From positions 248,001 through 312,000 of the forward strand of contig CBFFRQ010000053.1 of the NCBI GenBank assembly GCA_965644315.1: a stretch of DNA of 64,000 nucleotides, given 5' to 3'. The translations under genes and the position numbers were made by a program. The stretch is from Caecitellus pseudoparvulus (Eukaryota; Protista; Bigyra: Bicosoecida). This document shows, piece by piece, positions 11,027 through 22,476 of this stretch; the first letter of the stretch is position 1, and each line of letters begins with the position of its first letter. The notes beneath the pieces were generated by a model, which did no database searches, was not told the DNA's origin, and saw only the letters and a program-made list of their open reading frames with translations.

Positions 11027-12016
11027 CTAGGGGCTTGGCGCCGCTGACCGGGGCTTGCCCAGCTTCATGTCACTGTCCACGGACAGCTCCTCGTCAGCTC
11101 GCCATGCCTGCCACACGCCCTGCAGCCACTTGCGCATGTTCACCTTCAACGCCACCCTCCTCAGGTCATGCCCGTCCTCCGGCACTGGCAGCACCTGGCA
11201 CTGCATCCAGTCCGGCCGCCCAGCCACCCACTCCAAGCTGTCACGGAAGGGCACCACGGTGTCCACTGGCGAGTGCACGATAAGCACCGGCACTCCAGGC
11301 GACGCGCCCCCCGCAGAGCTCTCTGCGCCACCGCTGGGCAGCTGGGCAGCAGGCGGCACTTCGGGCGGCAGGTGCAGCATGGGGTGGCAGTCCCCCTGCT
11401 CGGAGTGCCCCCGGCAGCGCCGTCCGCAGCCACACACCCAGCAAGTCATGATGGAGGCTAGCAGGTCGTAGTACGACGCTACCTGCTCCCCAGCAGGGGC
11501 CAGCAGCACGGTGGGCCCTGCCCACTCCCCCCGCGCCAGCAGCAGCTGCGCCATGCCGCCACCAAAGCTGCTGCCCATGACGACGTCGGGCTTGAAGCGG
11601 CGCAGGGCTGCGCGTTGCACGGTATAGCAGGCCTCCACCAGGAACTGCAGCGCCCACTGCACGAAGAGCAGGGTAGCGGCGAGGCTCAAACCGCCGGCGA
11701 AGAGGAGGACCACTGCCAGCTGCTGCCGCCAGTTCAGACCCGCCTCCCACACCTCATCCGAGTGCAGGAGCAGGAGGAGGCCCCCTGCAATGGCCAGGAC
11801 ACCCACCAGCGCGCACGCCAGAGCTGCCTTGACGTGTGGGTTGGGCCCACTGAGAGCCCGCAGGTGCTTGACTGGCATCTGCACCGCCTCCGCCTCTGCC
11901 ACGACGTGTTTGAGTCGGTCACTCTTGGCACCCCAAGCGGTGCTCTCCAGGCCGTGCATGTACAGGACTTTGATGGGTAGGGGCGCTTTGCCGCCAGCGC
12001 TGGCGGTGGCGGCCAT
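11027..12016 (-). CDS. Alpha/beta hydrolase (YqiA/UPF0227-like esterase) with inserted transmembrane hairpin
   Basis: Oxyanion strand VLYMHGLES, nucleophile elbow GSSFGG, acid in HSPVDTVVP and His in DGHDL. Two hydrophobic helices lie between the HG and GxSxG motifs. Start set at MAATAS (12016). Confidence 0.75.
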   Translation of the reverse strand: MAATASAGGKAPLPIKVLYMHGLESTAWGAKSDRLKHVVAEAEAVQMPVKHLRALSGPNPHVKAALACALVGVLAIAGGLLLLLHSDEVWEAGLNWRQQLAVVLLFAGGLSLAATLLFVQWALQFLVEACYTVQRAALRRFKPDVVMGSSFGGGMAQLLLARGEWAGPTVLLAPAGEQVASYYDLLASIMTCWVCGCGRRCRGHSEQGDCHPMLHLPPEVPPAAQLPSGGAESSAGGASPGVPVLIVHSPVDTVVPFRDSLEWVAGRPDWMQCQVLPVPEDGHDLRRVALKVNMRKWLQGVWQAWRADEELSVDSDMKLGKPRSAAPSP

Positions 12017-12396
12017 GCTGCGGAAGTTGGGCCACGCCCCGCAAGTAAGACGACAAGCTCCCCGGCCGCCAGCAGGAAGCAGCAGAGTCAACAGGTGACA
12101 CCGATAAACAAAGGGGGGACTGTATAGCACGATTGGGGCAGCTGCATAGCAGCACCGGAGGCGCAGGGTGCGGTGGATTTGCGCAGGCCTGGCAGACGTA
12201 CGGTGCAGAGTGTGCAGGCATCGCCACCTCAGGCTGGGACGGCGCCGGCCGACATTGTTGACCGCCGCAGCATTTTCATTGCACGCCATGCAATTTTCAT
12301 CCCCTGCAGATCCTGCCAGGTACCGGCAACCAACACACGGGAAGCGCCGCCGCCGCCGCGACCTGGGCACAACTGTCCTGGTCGTGTCACGGCGCC

Positions 12397-14862
12397 ATGG
12401 CGGCGTCGTCGCGGCGACCAGCGCCTGCCGCGGCGCCCCTGGCCCTGCCCAGTGAAGACAGCGTGCGCGACTGGCAGAAAGCCTGCATTGTGCACACCTT
12501 CGAAAGGCTGTGTGCGGGGGAGACGCAGGATGCGTCGGCCTGGCCGGCGTTTTACCGCCTCATGCTGCTGCGTGTGCGGAAACAAGTCACGGGGCAAGGC
12601 GTGGAGGAGGCGCTGGCCGCCTTCCTGGCGCCCCTCGTCCCTCGCATCGCCGACACAGGGGAACTGCCCCTGCACATGACCAAGGCACTGACACTGTACG
12701 AGGCGGGCAGCCAAGCTGCCGCCGCCACGCAGGCGGAGCTGCCTGCCCTGCTTGCCTCGGGCCTGAACGAGCTGAACCGAGCACTGCTCGCGCTGGCCCC
12801 CGGCAGCGGAGCGGGGACGCCAGGTCGGTCCCCTGCGCCAGCCTCTCCAGACTGGCTCATGGCAGCCGATGCACTGTTTTTCACCCTGGATGACGCCGGC
12901 CGGGGCTTGCTGTGCCCCGAGGACTTGCTGGTGCTGGGGCTGGCCCAGCGGCCCCGCCTGCGAAGGCGCCAGGGTGCGCCCACCCACCCCGCCTCGCCCC
13001 ACCTGCGCGCCATCACGGCGGCCTTGGCCGGGGCTTGCCAGAGCACAGGCCTGCGGGGAGCTGCCTCCCTGCGCTCAGGCGTCGTGAGCAACTTCCAGTT
13101 CAAGCTGTGGCTGCTGCGGGGCGGGGTGGGCACGGATGGCTTGGCGGCGCTGGCCTGCCGGGTGGAAGCGTGGAAGGCGGCGCCCGTGAAGCTGCCGCGC
13201 CCTGCGCAAGCCTCTGCTGCCGCTCCAGCCCCCCTGCCCGGCACGGCTCATGTCGCCTCCTACCGCCCCTGGCACGTGGGGGTGGCGGCCGCGGATGCGA
13301 GGGCAGGGCAGGCGCGCCACCACCCCGCCTTGCTGCCATGGTGCTGGCTGCAGGGGCAGGTCGCGTGGGCTAGCTTGAGTGCCAAGGCCCCCTCTGACGC
13401 GGCAGGGGTGCTGTGCAGCTCCTTCACTCGGGCGCTGCGGCGGGAGGGTGGTCTCACGCATGTGGACACCCCCCCTCCCCAGGACTGGTTCCTCACCCTG
13501 GCCCATGCTGCGGCAGGGGCGTACGAGTGCCTGGATGCGGCTGCAGCTGCCTGGCACGCCGACAGCGCCGTGCAAGACCCCCTCCCGCGTCCACCCAAGG
13601 CCTTCTTGCTGCTGCTGGCTCAGCCCTGGGCCGCCACCCCCCCTCCAGCTCCCTCGAAGCGCTCCACGCCAGCGCTCAAGCGCAGCAGCACGCTGCGCGA
13701 CATTCCCAGCCCATCTGCATTGGAGTGGGGGCTGCCACAGCCCCCTCCACGCTCCACTTCCACGCTTGGCCGGGCTCGTAGCGTCGCAAATGTGGTGGCG
13801 CGCCTGACCGCCCCCGCGGCAGGGCGCCGGACGTCTTCCCAGCAGGCGGGAGATGGGCCTCGCACCCCTCCTAAACGCAAAGCCACGTCTGTGCGCAAGG
13901 CGTCCCTGCGCAGACGAAGGCCTGCCACGGGAAGCCCGCCTTCCTCCCAGCCCCCACGCAGCGCGCACGGCGGCAAGGCACGTGGAGGTGGGGGGCGAGC
14001 AGCAGTGGCGGGGCAGAATGTGCAGGCGCAAGGCGCGGTGCACGGGCCAGACAGCGCAGTGGCAGCAAGCGGATCGACGCCCGTGTCCAGTGGGGGCCCT
14101 GATGCCCCGTGCCTGGCACCGCAGGCCGTGGACAGCGTGGGCCCATGGGGGGCCAAGGCGGAACCCCACCCGCGAGAAGCGGCCCCTCCCCCTGCCAGTA
14201 CGCCGTTCCGCAAACCTGCGCCTGCACCGGTGGTGGTGCCGGAGGGCGGGGAGACGCCGCCCCCCCCCACGCCACGCAGCTTCGAGCTGCAGGCACTGTG
14301 TGCCGCCCTGCCCGTCGCCACGGCAGCCACGCGCCAAGCCATCCTGCGCCAGATCCAGGAGCACTTCCCACAGCAGTACGTGGATGTTGTGGCGGGGGGC
14401 GAGGGGGTGGCGGCGGCCCCTGCGCCCCACCCCTTGTCCCCGCCCAGCGCCGCTGCCACCCCCCTCAGCACTGCCATCACGCCAGCCATGATCATCGCCC
14501 AGGAGCACGCCCAGGCCGGCGCAGCCAGCGACGTGGACAGCGGGGCCTCCCAGAGGGGGGGCAGCCTGGACCTGGGCGGGGGGGATGCGCCCCCCCTGGA
14601 CGCCATCAGCACGGCCAGCGCAGGGGAGGCAGAGGGCAGGCATGGCTCGGCCTTGCGGCCCAAGCGGGTGCGTCGGCGAGGGGGTGTTCGAGGGGGGTCC
14701 CCCACCCGGCCTGACGCACTTGGCGACCCCCCCTCCGCCCCTGCACAGGGGCGACACCAGACTGCACCCCCACCTGCCGTGGCTTCTCGACGGGCACAGC
14801 TCAAGGCGGCCGTCCGAGCCATTGGCGCCTTGCGTCGAGTGCAGGGAAAGGGCGGGGAGTAG
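12397..14862 (+). CDS. Hypothetical protein: helical N-terminal region with degenerate EF-hand, Pro/Ser-rich disordered C-terminus
   Basis: 821-aa ORF with a normal ATG. EF-hand-like LFFTLDDAGRGLLCPEDL. No family recognised. Confidence 0.5.
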   Translation: MAASSRRPAPAAAPLALPSEDSVRDWQKACIVHTFERLCAGETQDASAWPAFYRLMLLRVRKQVTGQGVEEALAAFLAPLVPRIADTGELPLHMTKALTLYEAGSQAAAATQAELPALLASGLNELNRALLALAPGSGAGTPGRSPAPASPDWLMAADALFFTLDDAGRGLLCPEDLLVLGLAQRPRLRRRQGAPTHPASPHLRAITAALAGACQSTGLRGAASLRSGVVSNFQFKLWLLRGGVGTDGLAALACRVEAWKAAPVKLPRPAQASAAAPAPLPGTAHVASYRPWHVGVAAADARAGQARHHPALLPWCWLQGQVAWASLSAKAPSDAAGVLCSSFTRALRREGGLTHVDTPPPQDWFLTLAHAAAGAYECLDAAAAAWHADSAVQDPLPRPPKAFLLLLAQPWAATPPPAPSKRSTPALKRSSTLRDIPSPSALEWGLPQPPPRSTSTLGRARSVANVVARLTAPAAGRRTSSQQAGDGPRTPPKRKATSVRKASLRRRRPATGSPPSSQPPRSAHGGKARGGGGRAAVAGQNVQAQGAVHGPDSAVAASGSTPVSSGGPDAPCLAPQAVDSVGPWGAKAEPHPREAAPPPASTPFRKPAPAPVVVPEGGETPPPPTPRSFELQALCAALPVATAATRQAILRQIQEHFPQQYVDVVAGGEGVAAAPAPHPLSPPSAAATPLSTAITPAMIIAQEHAQAGAASDVDSGASQRGGSLDLGGGDAPPLDAISTASAGEAEGRHGSALRPKRVRRRGGVRGGSPTRPDALGDPPSAPAQGRHQTAPPPAVASRRAQLKAAVRAIGALRRVQGKGGE

Positions 14863-14912
14863 CGGCCAGCCCGCCGCGTCCCCCTCGCAGCATGCATTCA
14901 CCCCGGATCCCG

Positions 14913-16004
14913 TCACAGGCGCTCATCCCCATCGTCGCCGCGCCCCCCCCACAGACCATGCAGCAGGTCTGCCGTCTGCTGCGGCGTCAAATCCCCTCGG
15001 GAGGGGGGGGTGTGTCCGCGCAGGCTGGGCGGCAGCGGGACGCCACCCTCCCCCCAGCTGCGGGATGACTCGTCCCAGTGCTCCTGGCGGTGGGCAGGCG
15101 CCTGTGCAGGGCGCCGGCGGGGTGCACTGCCCACGCCCCCCCCCCCTGTGAACGAGGCCTTGAGCAAGTACGCGGCGATGCCGACTGCCTGCCCTCCCAA
15201 GTGGGCGGCGCCGTCCACTGCCGCGCCGCCCCGAAGCATGGCCACAGTGAGGGCCACGTTCACAGCTGTGAGCAGCAGCATGGCGTGCGTGCCCTCCATG
15301 GGCACGAACATGAGGCTGATGCCCATGGAGGGGTTGGCCATTAACGCGTACTGGGCGACGGCAAAGACCGCCCCCGAGGCGCCCAGGCCCGGCGTCATGA
15401 CGCGTGCGCGCCGACAGACTGCGTAGGAGGCTAGTCCCCCCACGAGGGCCGCGACGTTGTACATGGCGAAGAACTGTGCGCCAGTCAAGGACATCTGCGG
15501 AGGCAGGAGGGGGGCAGTGCGGTGGGAGGTGTGCAGTGACTCCGCGCACGCTGCCCGACGCACGTTCATGCCGGGGTGCAGCAGCAGGGGCCCGAAGGAA
15601 TGCAAGGCCATCATGTTGAAGCCCAGGTGAAAGATGCCGACGTGGGAGTATGCAGAAGTCAGCAGCGTGTGCCACCGGCCTGCCTGCACGGCTGGGACCG
15701 AGGCCAGGGCGTGCCTGCGCAGCACGGCGCCCAATCTGGACGCAGCAGAGAAGTTCAGCTGGGACGCCTTCCAAGCCAGGAAAACGGCGACGTTGCACCC
15801 AGTGATGCCTGCAATGAGGGGGTAGCCGAACCCTGTCCCTGGCAAGCCCGGGACGAAGGAGGTGTGAAGCGGGGCTGGGCGCTGTGCCAGCGCCAGCCGG
15901 CTGCCCGGGTGCAGAGCCAGCCACACGCCAGCACCTGCAAGGGAACCAGCCCCACCAGCTGCAAGGAGCCCTCCTGATCTGGACCGAGCGAAGCCTGCCA
16001 GCAT
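14913..16004 (-). CDS. Rhomboid intramembrane serine protease (PARL/Pcp1-like)
   Basis: Motifs WHTLLTSAYSHVGIFHLGFNM, catalytic GASG and AAHLGG. In-frame GT-AG intron at 15495-15563. Presequence-like N-terminus. Confidence 0.88.
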   Translation of the reverse strand: MLAGFARSRSGGLLAAGGAGSLAGAGVWLALHPGSRLALAQRPAPLHTSFVPGLPGTGFGYPLIAGITGCNVAVFLAWKASQLNFSAASRLGAVLRRHALASVPAVQAGRWHTLLTSAYSHVGIFHLGFNMMALHSFGPLLLHPGMNVRRAACAESLHTSHRTAPLLPPQMSLTGAQFFAMYNVAALVGGLASYAVCRRARVMTPGLGASGAVFAVAQYALMANPSMGISLMFVPMEGTHAMLLLTAVNVALTVAMLRGGAAVDGAAHLGGQAVGIAAYLLKASFTGGGGVGSAPRRRPAQAPAHRQEHWDESSRSWGEGGVPLPPSLRGHTPPSRGDLTPQQTADLLHGLWGGRGDDGDERL

Positions 16005-16294
16005 TGTGCTCGTGCGGGGCTCAGGGTGCGGTAGTTGCTAGCGTTACGCCCGAAACGCCAGGGTCCACTGCCACGCACTGGTGCCGCCCAGAAAAAACAA
16101 ACACGACTACATAGCGCCAGCATCAACTTCACGACAGGAATGTATAGAGGATGGTTCAGTGGCAGTAGGTGGAGCCCGATCCCTTGCCCTTGTTGGGGGT
16201 GTGCTGCAGCCCCTCTGCGTCTCGAAGTCCAATTTCGTGAAACGTTGGTGTGCGGTGGTGCCTGTCACGTGCGACACGGCTTGCCGAGAGCAGG

Positions 16295-17644
16295 ATGGCC
16301 CTCGAATTCCATACAAGACACACATACGAGGACGATTTCGACTTTGGCGGCAGCAGCAGCGAGTCCGAGGCTGACGAACGCCCCATTCGTCGTGGTGGTG
16401 CCAAGTCCCGCAAGGCGCCTGCGGCACAGGCCATTTTCTTCTCCCTGGGCGGTGCCACAGGCTCCCAGCAAGAGGATACCCTCTCAGGCTTGAGCTTGTC
16501 TGCGACAGCTACAGTAATCGCCGCCTATGCCTCAGAGAGCGCCCGGTCGGCAGCGTCGGCAGTGGAGGAAGATGCCAGCAGCGACGACGAGGCTTTGGCC
16601 ATCTTTGACCGCAGCGCAGCGGGCTTCACGGCGACGCAGGTTCAGGAGCGGCAGGCGGCCCCCCACAGTCCACGATCAGCCAGCAGACCTGCAGAGGCCG
16701 CGCTGGGTGGTGCGTCCTCCGCTCCGGCCGCTGCCAGCTCCGCTGCAGCAGGGGGCGCAGAGTACACCATGCGCAGCCTGCTGCACACGCCTGTGGCGCC
16801 GGGGAAGACCCTGCAGTGCTTCGTGACGCGCAGCAAGACAGGCCTGGGTCTAGGCGCGCCGACGTGGAGCCTGTTCCTGGAGAGCACGGAGGAGTTCCTG
16901 TGCGCCGCCCGCAAGCGCAGCGGCCAGCGCAGCAGCAACTACCTCATCTCCCGGGACGCGTACCCCGTGGACCGCAAGTCGCCACAGGTGCTGGGCAAGG
17001 TGCGCGGCAACGTGGTGGGGTCCATGTACATTGTGTACGATCACGGCCTGGCGCCGGACAAGGCAGTCACCGCCTCTGCCCGCCGGCGTGAGCTGGCTTG
17101 CATCGCGTTCGACTACGACCGCATGGGGCCAGGGCGCATGGCTGTGCGGGTGCCGCAGGTGTCTGGCTCGCGCCCCCTGGAGATCAGGCCAGCCGGCGAG
17201 GAGGACAGCATGGTGGCGGCGGTGGGGGACCACCCCCTCGCGCGCTGTGTCGTGAACCTGCGCAACAAGACGCCCCACTGGGACGAGCGCCTGCAGGGGC
17301 ATGTTCTGAACTTCAAGGGGCGGGTGTCCCAGGCCTCCGTGAAGAACTTCCAGCTGGAGACGGCGGACCAGACCAGCGCCGCTGACGACTGCCCGCTGCA
17401 GTTTGGGCGCGTGGACAAGCACCGCTTCACGCTGGACGTGTCTTGGCCCCTGTCCCCCCTGCAAGCCTTTGGCATCGTGCTGGCGTCCCTGGACCCAAAG
17501 CTCGCCGACACCAAGTCCTACGACGCTCTGAAGCGCAGCTTGGAGGCAGCGGAAGCCCCCAGTAGCGACGAGGAGGTCGCTGCAGCACAGGGCGGCGGGC
17601 ACAGCATGCTGTCTCGCATGTTCGGCAGCGCAGGGAAGAAGTGA
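16295..17644 (+). CDS. Tubby-domain protein (TULP family)
   Basis: Tubby C-terminal domain motifs LQCFVTRSK, FLCAARKR..SSNYLIS, LGKVRGN, NKTPHWDERLQGHVLNFKGRVSQASVKNFQL, LQFGRV and WPLSPLQAFGIVLASLDPKLA. Confidence 0.92.
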   Translation: MALEFHTRHTYEDDFDFGGSSSESEADERPIRRGGAKSRKAPAAQAIFFSLGGATGSQQEDTLSGLSLSATATVIAAYASESARSAASAVEEDASSDDEALAIFDRSAAGFTATQVQERQAAPHSPRSASRPAEAALGGASSAPAAASSAAAGGAEYTMRSLLHTPVAPGKTLQCFVTRSKTGLGLGAPTWSLFLESTEEFLCAARKRSGQRSSNYLISRDAYPVDRKSPQVLGKVRGNVVGSMYIVYDHGLAPDKAVTASARRRELACIAFDYDRMGPGRMAVRVPQVSGSRPLEIRPAGEEDSMVAAVGDHPLARCVVNLRNKTPHWDERLQGHVLNFKGRVSQASVKNFQLETADQTSAADDCPLQFGRVDKHRFTLDVSWPLSPLQAFGIVLASLDPKLADTKSYDALKRSLEAAEAPSSDEEVAAAQGGGHSMLSRMFGSAGKK

Positions 17645-17694
17645 GGGGGGGATGCCCCCCCCCCTGCACCGACAATGAATGATGCATTTCCACG

Positions 17695-18793
17695 TCAGCC
17701 AGAGTGACCCGGCGGCGATGCTTGAGGCAGACTTGTTGGGTACATGGGGGCGCCCGAGGCGATGGGCATCTGGGCAGTGGCAGCCATGGGGGCATGTCCC
17801 CACCCCGAGGAGGGGGGCATGCCCAACGTCGCTGCGACGGCCATGGGCGGGGCGGACACCCCTCCCACAGGCATGGTGGGCGCCAGGCCGGACATGGGCG
17901 CCTGCAACACGGCTGAGGAGACGTGTGGTTGGCCCTGGGGCAAGGAGGTGGTGGGCATGAGGCTGGCGGGGTGCATGGACCCGACTTGCGCCTGTGGCTG
18001 CACCAGCACGCTGGCGCCCGAGTGCCCCACGAAACCCGACTGCTGTGGCGGCATGAGCGGCGGCACCTGGCTGCCCTGGCTGCCCACCATCACCATGCCC
18101 GCTCCTGCAGGCTGCGCATGCGTGGTGGCAGCGTGGCGGGCCCGGAAAGACATGACGAACTCCACGCTCTTGCCGCGCTGCCAGGCTTGCCCGACGCCGT
18201 CCAGGGGGACGGGCGCGCCGGCACGGGAGCGGAAGGTGAAGGTGGAGCACAACTCTGCCCCTTGCAGCGGGCGCTTGAACTGGATCTCCATGATGCGCTG
18301 CACGTGGGCCTCGAAGGTTGCATGGCACTCGGGGTGCAGCACCGTGGCCAGGGGCTGGTTGAACAGCTCCGTGGGGGTGAACCCCAGCAGGTCTTGCACA
18401 GCAGGGGACACAAAGACGATGATGCCTGCGGAAGGGGTGGGGGCACAGCACCGCGTGCAGGGGGCGCGTGGCGACGCCCGGCGCGGGCAAGGCAGGGCGC
18501 CAGACCAGCTGCACCTGCCTCGACGCCGGTCGAACGCTGCCTTCGCGGCTGGCGGCGCAGCGCACCTTCCATGTCAAAGACAACGATCATGTCATGTAGA
18601 CGCCGCAAAAGCTCCCAATGCGTGAAGCACTGCGCCTCAGCCAACATGAGGCGCTCCATGAGCTCCTGGGATTGCTGTGTGCAGAGCATGTGAAGAGGAA
18701 AACGTTTGGGGCCAGCAGCGCCAGGTACCGGCGGCGCGGGCAGCTCACCGCGTCAGCCGGCTGCCCAGGCTGTGTTGGGAGTGCTGCAGACAT
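17695..18793 (-). CDS. Stand-alone PAS-domain protein with Gln/Met/Pro-rich tail (3 exons)
   Basis: Exons 18793-18749, 18674-18566 and 18425-17695 are joined by GT-AG introns that keep the frame. The spliced sequence DMIVVFDMEGIIVFVSPAVQDLLGFTPTELFNQPLATVLHPEC is a canonical PAS start. Confidence 0.78.
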
Positions 18794-19079
18794 GTCTCGG
18801 GAGACAGTTGGGTGGCTGTGGCTGGCCCTTCAGCAGATGTGTGCCTCCGTTGGCGGAGCCGAAGTGCCACTGCACTTCACCACGCTGACGCACTGCAAGG
18901 TCCACGTCACACTGAACATCCCTGCTCCAGCAGGCAAGCCTGACGGTGGTTGTTGTGTCGTTACAAGTAAAGTTGCAGAGGATGTCCAAGTGCGCATTCA
19001 GGAGCGGGTGCATTGGGAATGCCAAGGGGCCTGTCCAGCCAACCTAGCTTGCACCCAACGGCCTCCAGGTGCTGCTGCT

Positions 19080-19862
19080 CTACTGAGCGAAGGTGGCGCC
19101 AGGGAACTGGGCAACGTCACCGGCGGGCACGACGGGGGCAGCGGCCACAGGCTCCACGGGGGCGGGGCGGCGGGAAGGCACACCCACGACGTTGGGCTGG
19201 TCCACGGCCTTGGGCTCCATGACCTCCACGATGTCGGAGAGGGGGTTCTTGGGGCCCTGGCGTCCCTCGGGGTCGTGGGGCTTCATGATCTTAACCTTCA
19301 CGCCCACAGCGCCCTGGCGCAGCAGCACGTGGCGCACAGCCTCGTCGACGTACTCGCGGTTGCTGTTGCCGGTCTTGATCATGTAGCCCTCGCGGAACTT
19401 CATGGCCTTGGCACGGGCACCGCGCAGCTTGCCGGTGACCAGGCACTCGACACCCTTGGCCTCGTTCTTCATGACCAGGCGGATGATGCCGTAGCAGGCG
19501 CGGCGCACAGCCATGCCCTCCAGGAGCTTGGCGGCCAGGGACTCGGCCTGGGCCTCGGCGGACAGGCCGCGGTTGGCCACGCGCTCGGCGTACAGGGTGA
19601 CGGTGCCGGGCTTGAACTTGAAGCGCTTCTCCACGACGGTGTTCAGCTCGCGGATCTTGCGGCCCTTCTCGCCGAGGACGTCCTGGGGGCGGGTGGCACG
19701 GATCACGATCTCGGTGCGGCTGGGGTTGTTGCGCACCTCCACACCAGCGTAGCCGATGGGTCCCAGCTCGCGGATGAGCAGCTCGTTCAGCTCGGCGTAC
19801 AGGACGCCATCAGCCACGAACTGGCGCTTCTTGGAGATGGCTCCGAGGCGGCCGGCAGACAT
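19080..19862 (-). CDS. RPS3: 40S ribosomal protein S3 (uS3)
   Basis: Motifs [60 protein letters not shown] and [10 protein letters not shown]. Intronless, ATG at 19862. Confidence 0.97.
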   Translation of the reverse strand: MSAGRLGAISKKRQFVADGVLYAELNELLIRELGPIGYAGVEVRNNPSRTEIVIRATRPQDVLGEKGRKIRELNTVVEKRFKFKPGTVTLYAERVANRGLSAEAQAESLAAKLLEGMAVRRACYGIIRLVMKNEAKGVECLVTGKLRGARAKAMKFREGYMIKTGNSNREYVDEAVRHVLLRQGAVGVKVKIMKPHDPEGRQGPKNPLSDIVEVMEPKAVDQPNVVGVPSRRPAPVEPVAAAPVVPAGDVAQFPGATFAQ

Positions 19863-20510
19863 CTTGACGGTGTGTTGGGGTGCTGCGCAAGGGAGGGGGT
19901 GGGGTGCAATTTCCGCAGTCCCACCAAACGACGCGATTTTCGGCCACACCACGGCAGCAGACGCGTGCGTGAGCACAAGCCGCACAGCACAGACATGGCC
20001 TCGCCCAGTCTGCTCAACTCAGGGCAGGCCAGGGCCACACATTCGCTTTGGAGAACAAGGGCAAGCTGCAAGGCCCAGCCTCCGCCCGTCGCCTCAAAAC
20101 ACCCCTGCATGGCTCCAAAACTCACCTGTGCAACTGTGCCACGAGGCAACATGTGCTTACTTGTAGTGTTGAGGCGTGTGTATCTCCTGAAAAGTGATGG
20201 GCCGGTATGCACGCGCGTGGCGCTGAAAAGCTGGTTCGCAGTGGTATTTCGAGTTCCGCGAATGATGCGGAAAAGGAGTTTTGTATGCAGCTTTTCAAGC
20301 CCGCGCGTGGGCGCGGAGCAGCACTGCAAAGCTGCACACTAAACATGTTCAGATTATAATGTGTGTGTTGGGTCAGCTGTGCGTGGCATATTTTGCTTGT
20401 CTCGGCGCGCACTCAGCCACCACGCCAAGCACCAGCACAAGGGCCACCTTGTCAGGCCAGCAGGTGTCAGGCGGCCGCCTTTTGCTGCAATAAGAAGTGG
20501 ACACCTAATC

Positions 20511-22476
20511 ATGTTGCGCAGTGCAGCCGCTGCAAGTTGTGCTGTGCGGCGCAGGGCCACAGCAGCCGTGACATGGTGCGTGTCCAACTTCCGCAGTCAT
20601 CTTCCGCACGCTCTGCAACACCACCTTGTGCCCTTGCCCGTTGGCCAGTGCGGCACCGATGAGGGCTTTTCATGCCGATGCCGAGGATCGGCCGTTCCTA
20701 CCCCCAGTGCTGACCCAGCGCAAAGGCCAAGCCATCGTGCACGACCCCATCGCAAACAAAGGCACTGGTGGGTCGGGCGTCGTGCCGGGCATCACTGCTG
20801 CTGGCCGTCCCTCACACACCCCCATCCCGCGCCCGCCATGCCCAGCTTTCCCATTGTCAGAAAGGGAGCGCCTGCGCATCCGGGGCCTGGTGCCGCCACG
20901 GCAGCTGTCCCTGGAAACACAGGTGGCGAAGATCATGCAAAACCTGCACGGGGGTGAATTCCCCACCGACCTGGAGAAGCACGGCTTCCTCGCAGGGCTG
21001 GGGGACCGCAACGAGACGCTGTTCTACCGTGTGCTGGTGGACCACATCGAGGAGCTGGCGCCCCTCATCTACACGCCCACCGTCGGGCAGGCCTGCACGT
21101 CCTTCTCCTCTCAGTACCGCCGCACGCGGGGCATGTACCTCAGCACAGACGACGTGGGGGAGATGGGCCCCATCATGCACAACTGGCCCTACGATGACGT
21201 GCAGATCGTGGTGGTGACGGACGGCTCCCGCATCCTGGGCTTGGGCGACCTCGGCGTCAACGGCATGGGCATCCCCATCGGCAAGCTGTCCCTGTACGTG
21301 GCGGCCGGCGGCATCGACCCCCGCCGCACCCTGCCCATCATGCTGGATGCCGGCACCGACAACCCAGCCTTGCTGAAGGACCCGTACTACCTGGGCAAGC
21401 AGCACAAGCGCCTGCGTGGGCAGGCTTACTTCGACATGGTGCACGAGATGATGGAGAGCGTGTACGCCCGGTGGCCCGGTGCCCTGGTGCAGTTCGAGGA
21501 CTTTGCGTCGGACCACGCCCAGACGCTGCTGGACCGCTACCGCCACCGCCACCTCTGCTTCAACGACGACATCCAGGGCACCGGCGCCACCACCCTGGCG
21601 GGGCTCATGTGCAGCCTGCGCCACGTGGACCCGGCGCAGCAGCCAGCAGCCCTGGGCGAGCAGCGCATCGTGGTGGTGGGGGCTGGCTCCGCGGGCCTGG
21701 GCGTCGCCAGCGCGGTGATGAAGGGCATGGTGCAGGAGGGCCTGACGGAGGAGCAGGCAGCGGCGCGCTTCTACGTCCTGGATGCCGACGGGCTGCTGGG
21801 CAAGGACCGGGACCCGGACACCGTGCCGCCTGCCGCCAAGCCCTTCCTGCGGGCGGACCTGCCCACGCAAGGGCTGGCCAGCGTCGTGGACAGCGTGAAA
21901 CCCACCATCCTCCTGGGGCTGACGGGCGTGCCTGGCGTGTTCACAGAGGGCATCATCCGCAGCATGGCTGCCGGAGTGCCCACCCCCATCATCTTCCCCC
22001 TGTCCAACCCCACAGACAGGGCCGAGTGCACTGCCGAGCAGGCCTACACGTGGACAGACGGCAAGGCCGTCTTTGCCAGTGGCAGCCCCTTCGACCCCGT
22101 GCCGCACCCCACCCAGCCTGGCGTCATGAAGTCCCCCAGCCAAGCAAACAACATGTTCATCTTCCCAGGCGTCGGGCTGGGCGCCACCCTCGTGCAGGCG
22201 CGCTCCGTCAGCGACGCCATGTTCCACGCAGCGGCACAGGAGCTTGCCAACAGCGTGCCAGAGGAGGACCTGGCGCAGGGCATGGTGTTCCCGCGTGTGC
22301 AGGGCATCCGGGAGGCCTCCAAGCGCGTCGCCGCTGCGGTTATGCGCTCCGCCCTGGACGACGGCATTGCCAGGCGGACACCGAAGCGCACCGGCGTGCG
22401 GGACTTGCAGCAGTACGTGGCTGGTCACATGTGGGATCCACTGTACCAGCCGCTGTACAATCATGTCTACCGTTGA
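20511..22476 (+). CDS. NAD(P)-dependent malic enzyme, probably mitochondrial
   Basis: Presequence exon 20511-20575. Introns at 20576-20648 and 20768-20845; splicing restores NKGTAFPLSERE. Motifs VVTDGSRILGLGDLG, QFEDF, FNDDIQGTG, GAGSAG, LSNPT and QANNMFIFPG. Confidence 0.95.

Noticed and set aside
20190-20290. Possible C/D-box snoRNA (GTGATG...CTGA) upstream of RPS3
   Set aside because: The C box is imperfect, and I could identify no terminal stem or rRNA guide.
18618-20342. 574-aa plus-strand ORF
   Set aside because: It is the antisense shadow of RPS3 and the PAS gene, a result of high GC3, and has no recognisable domain.
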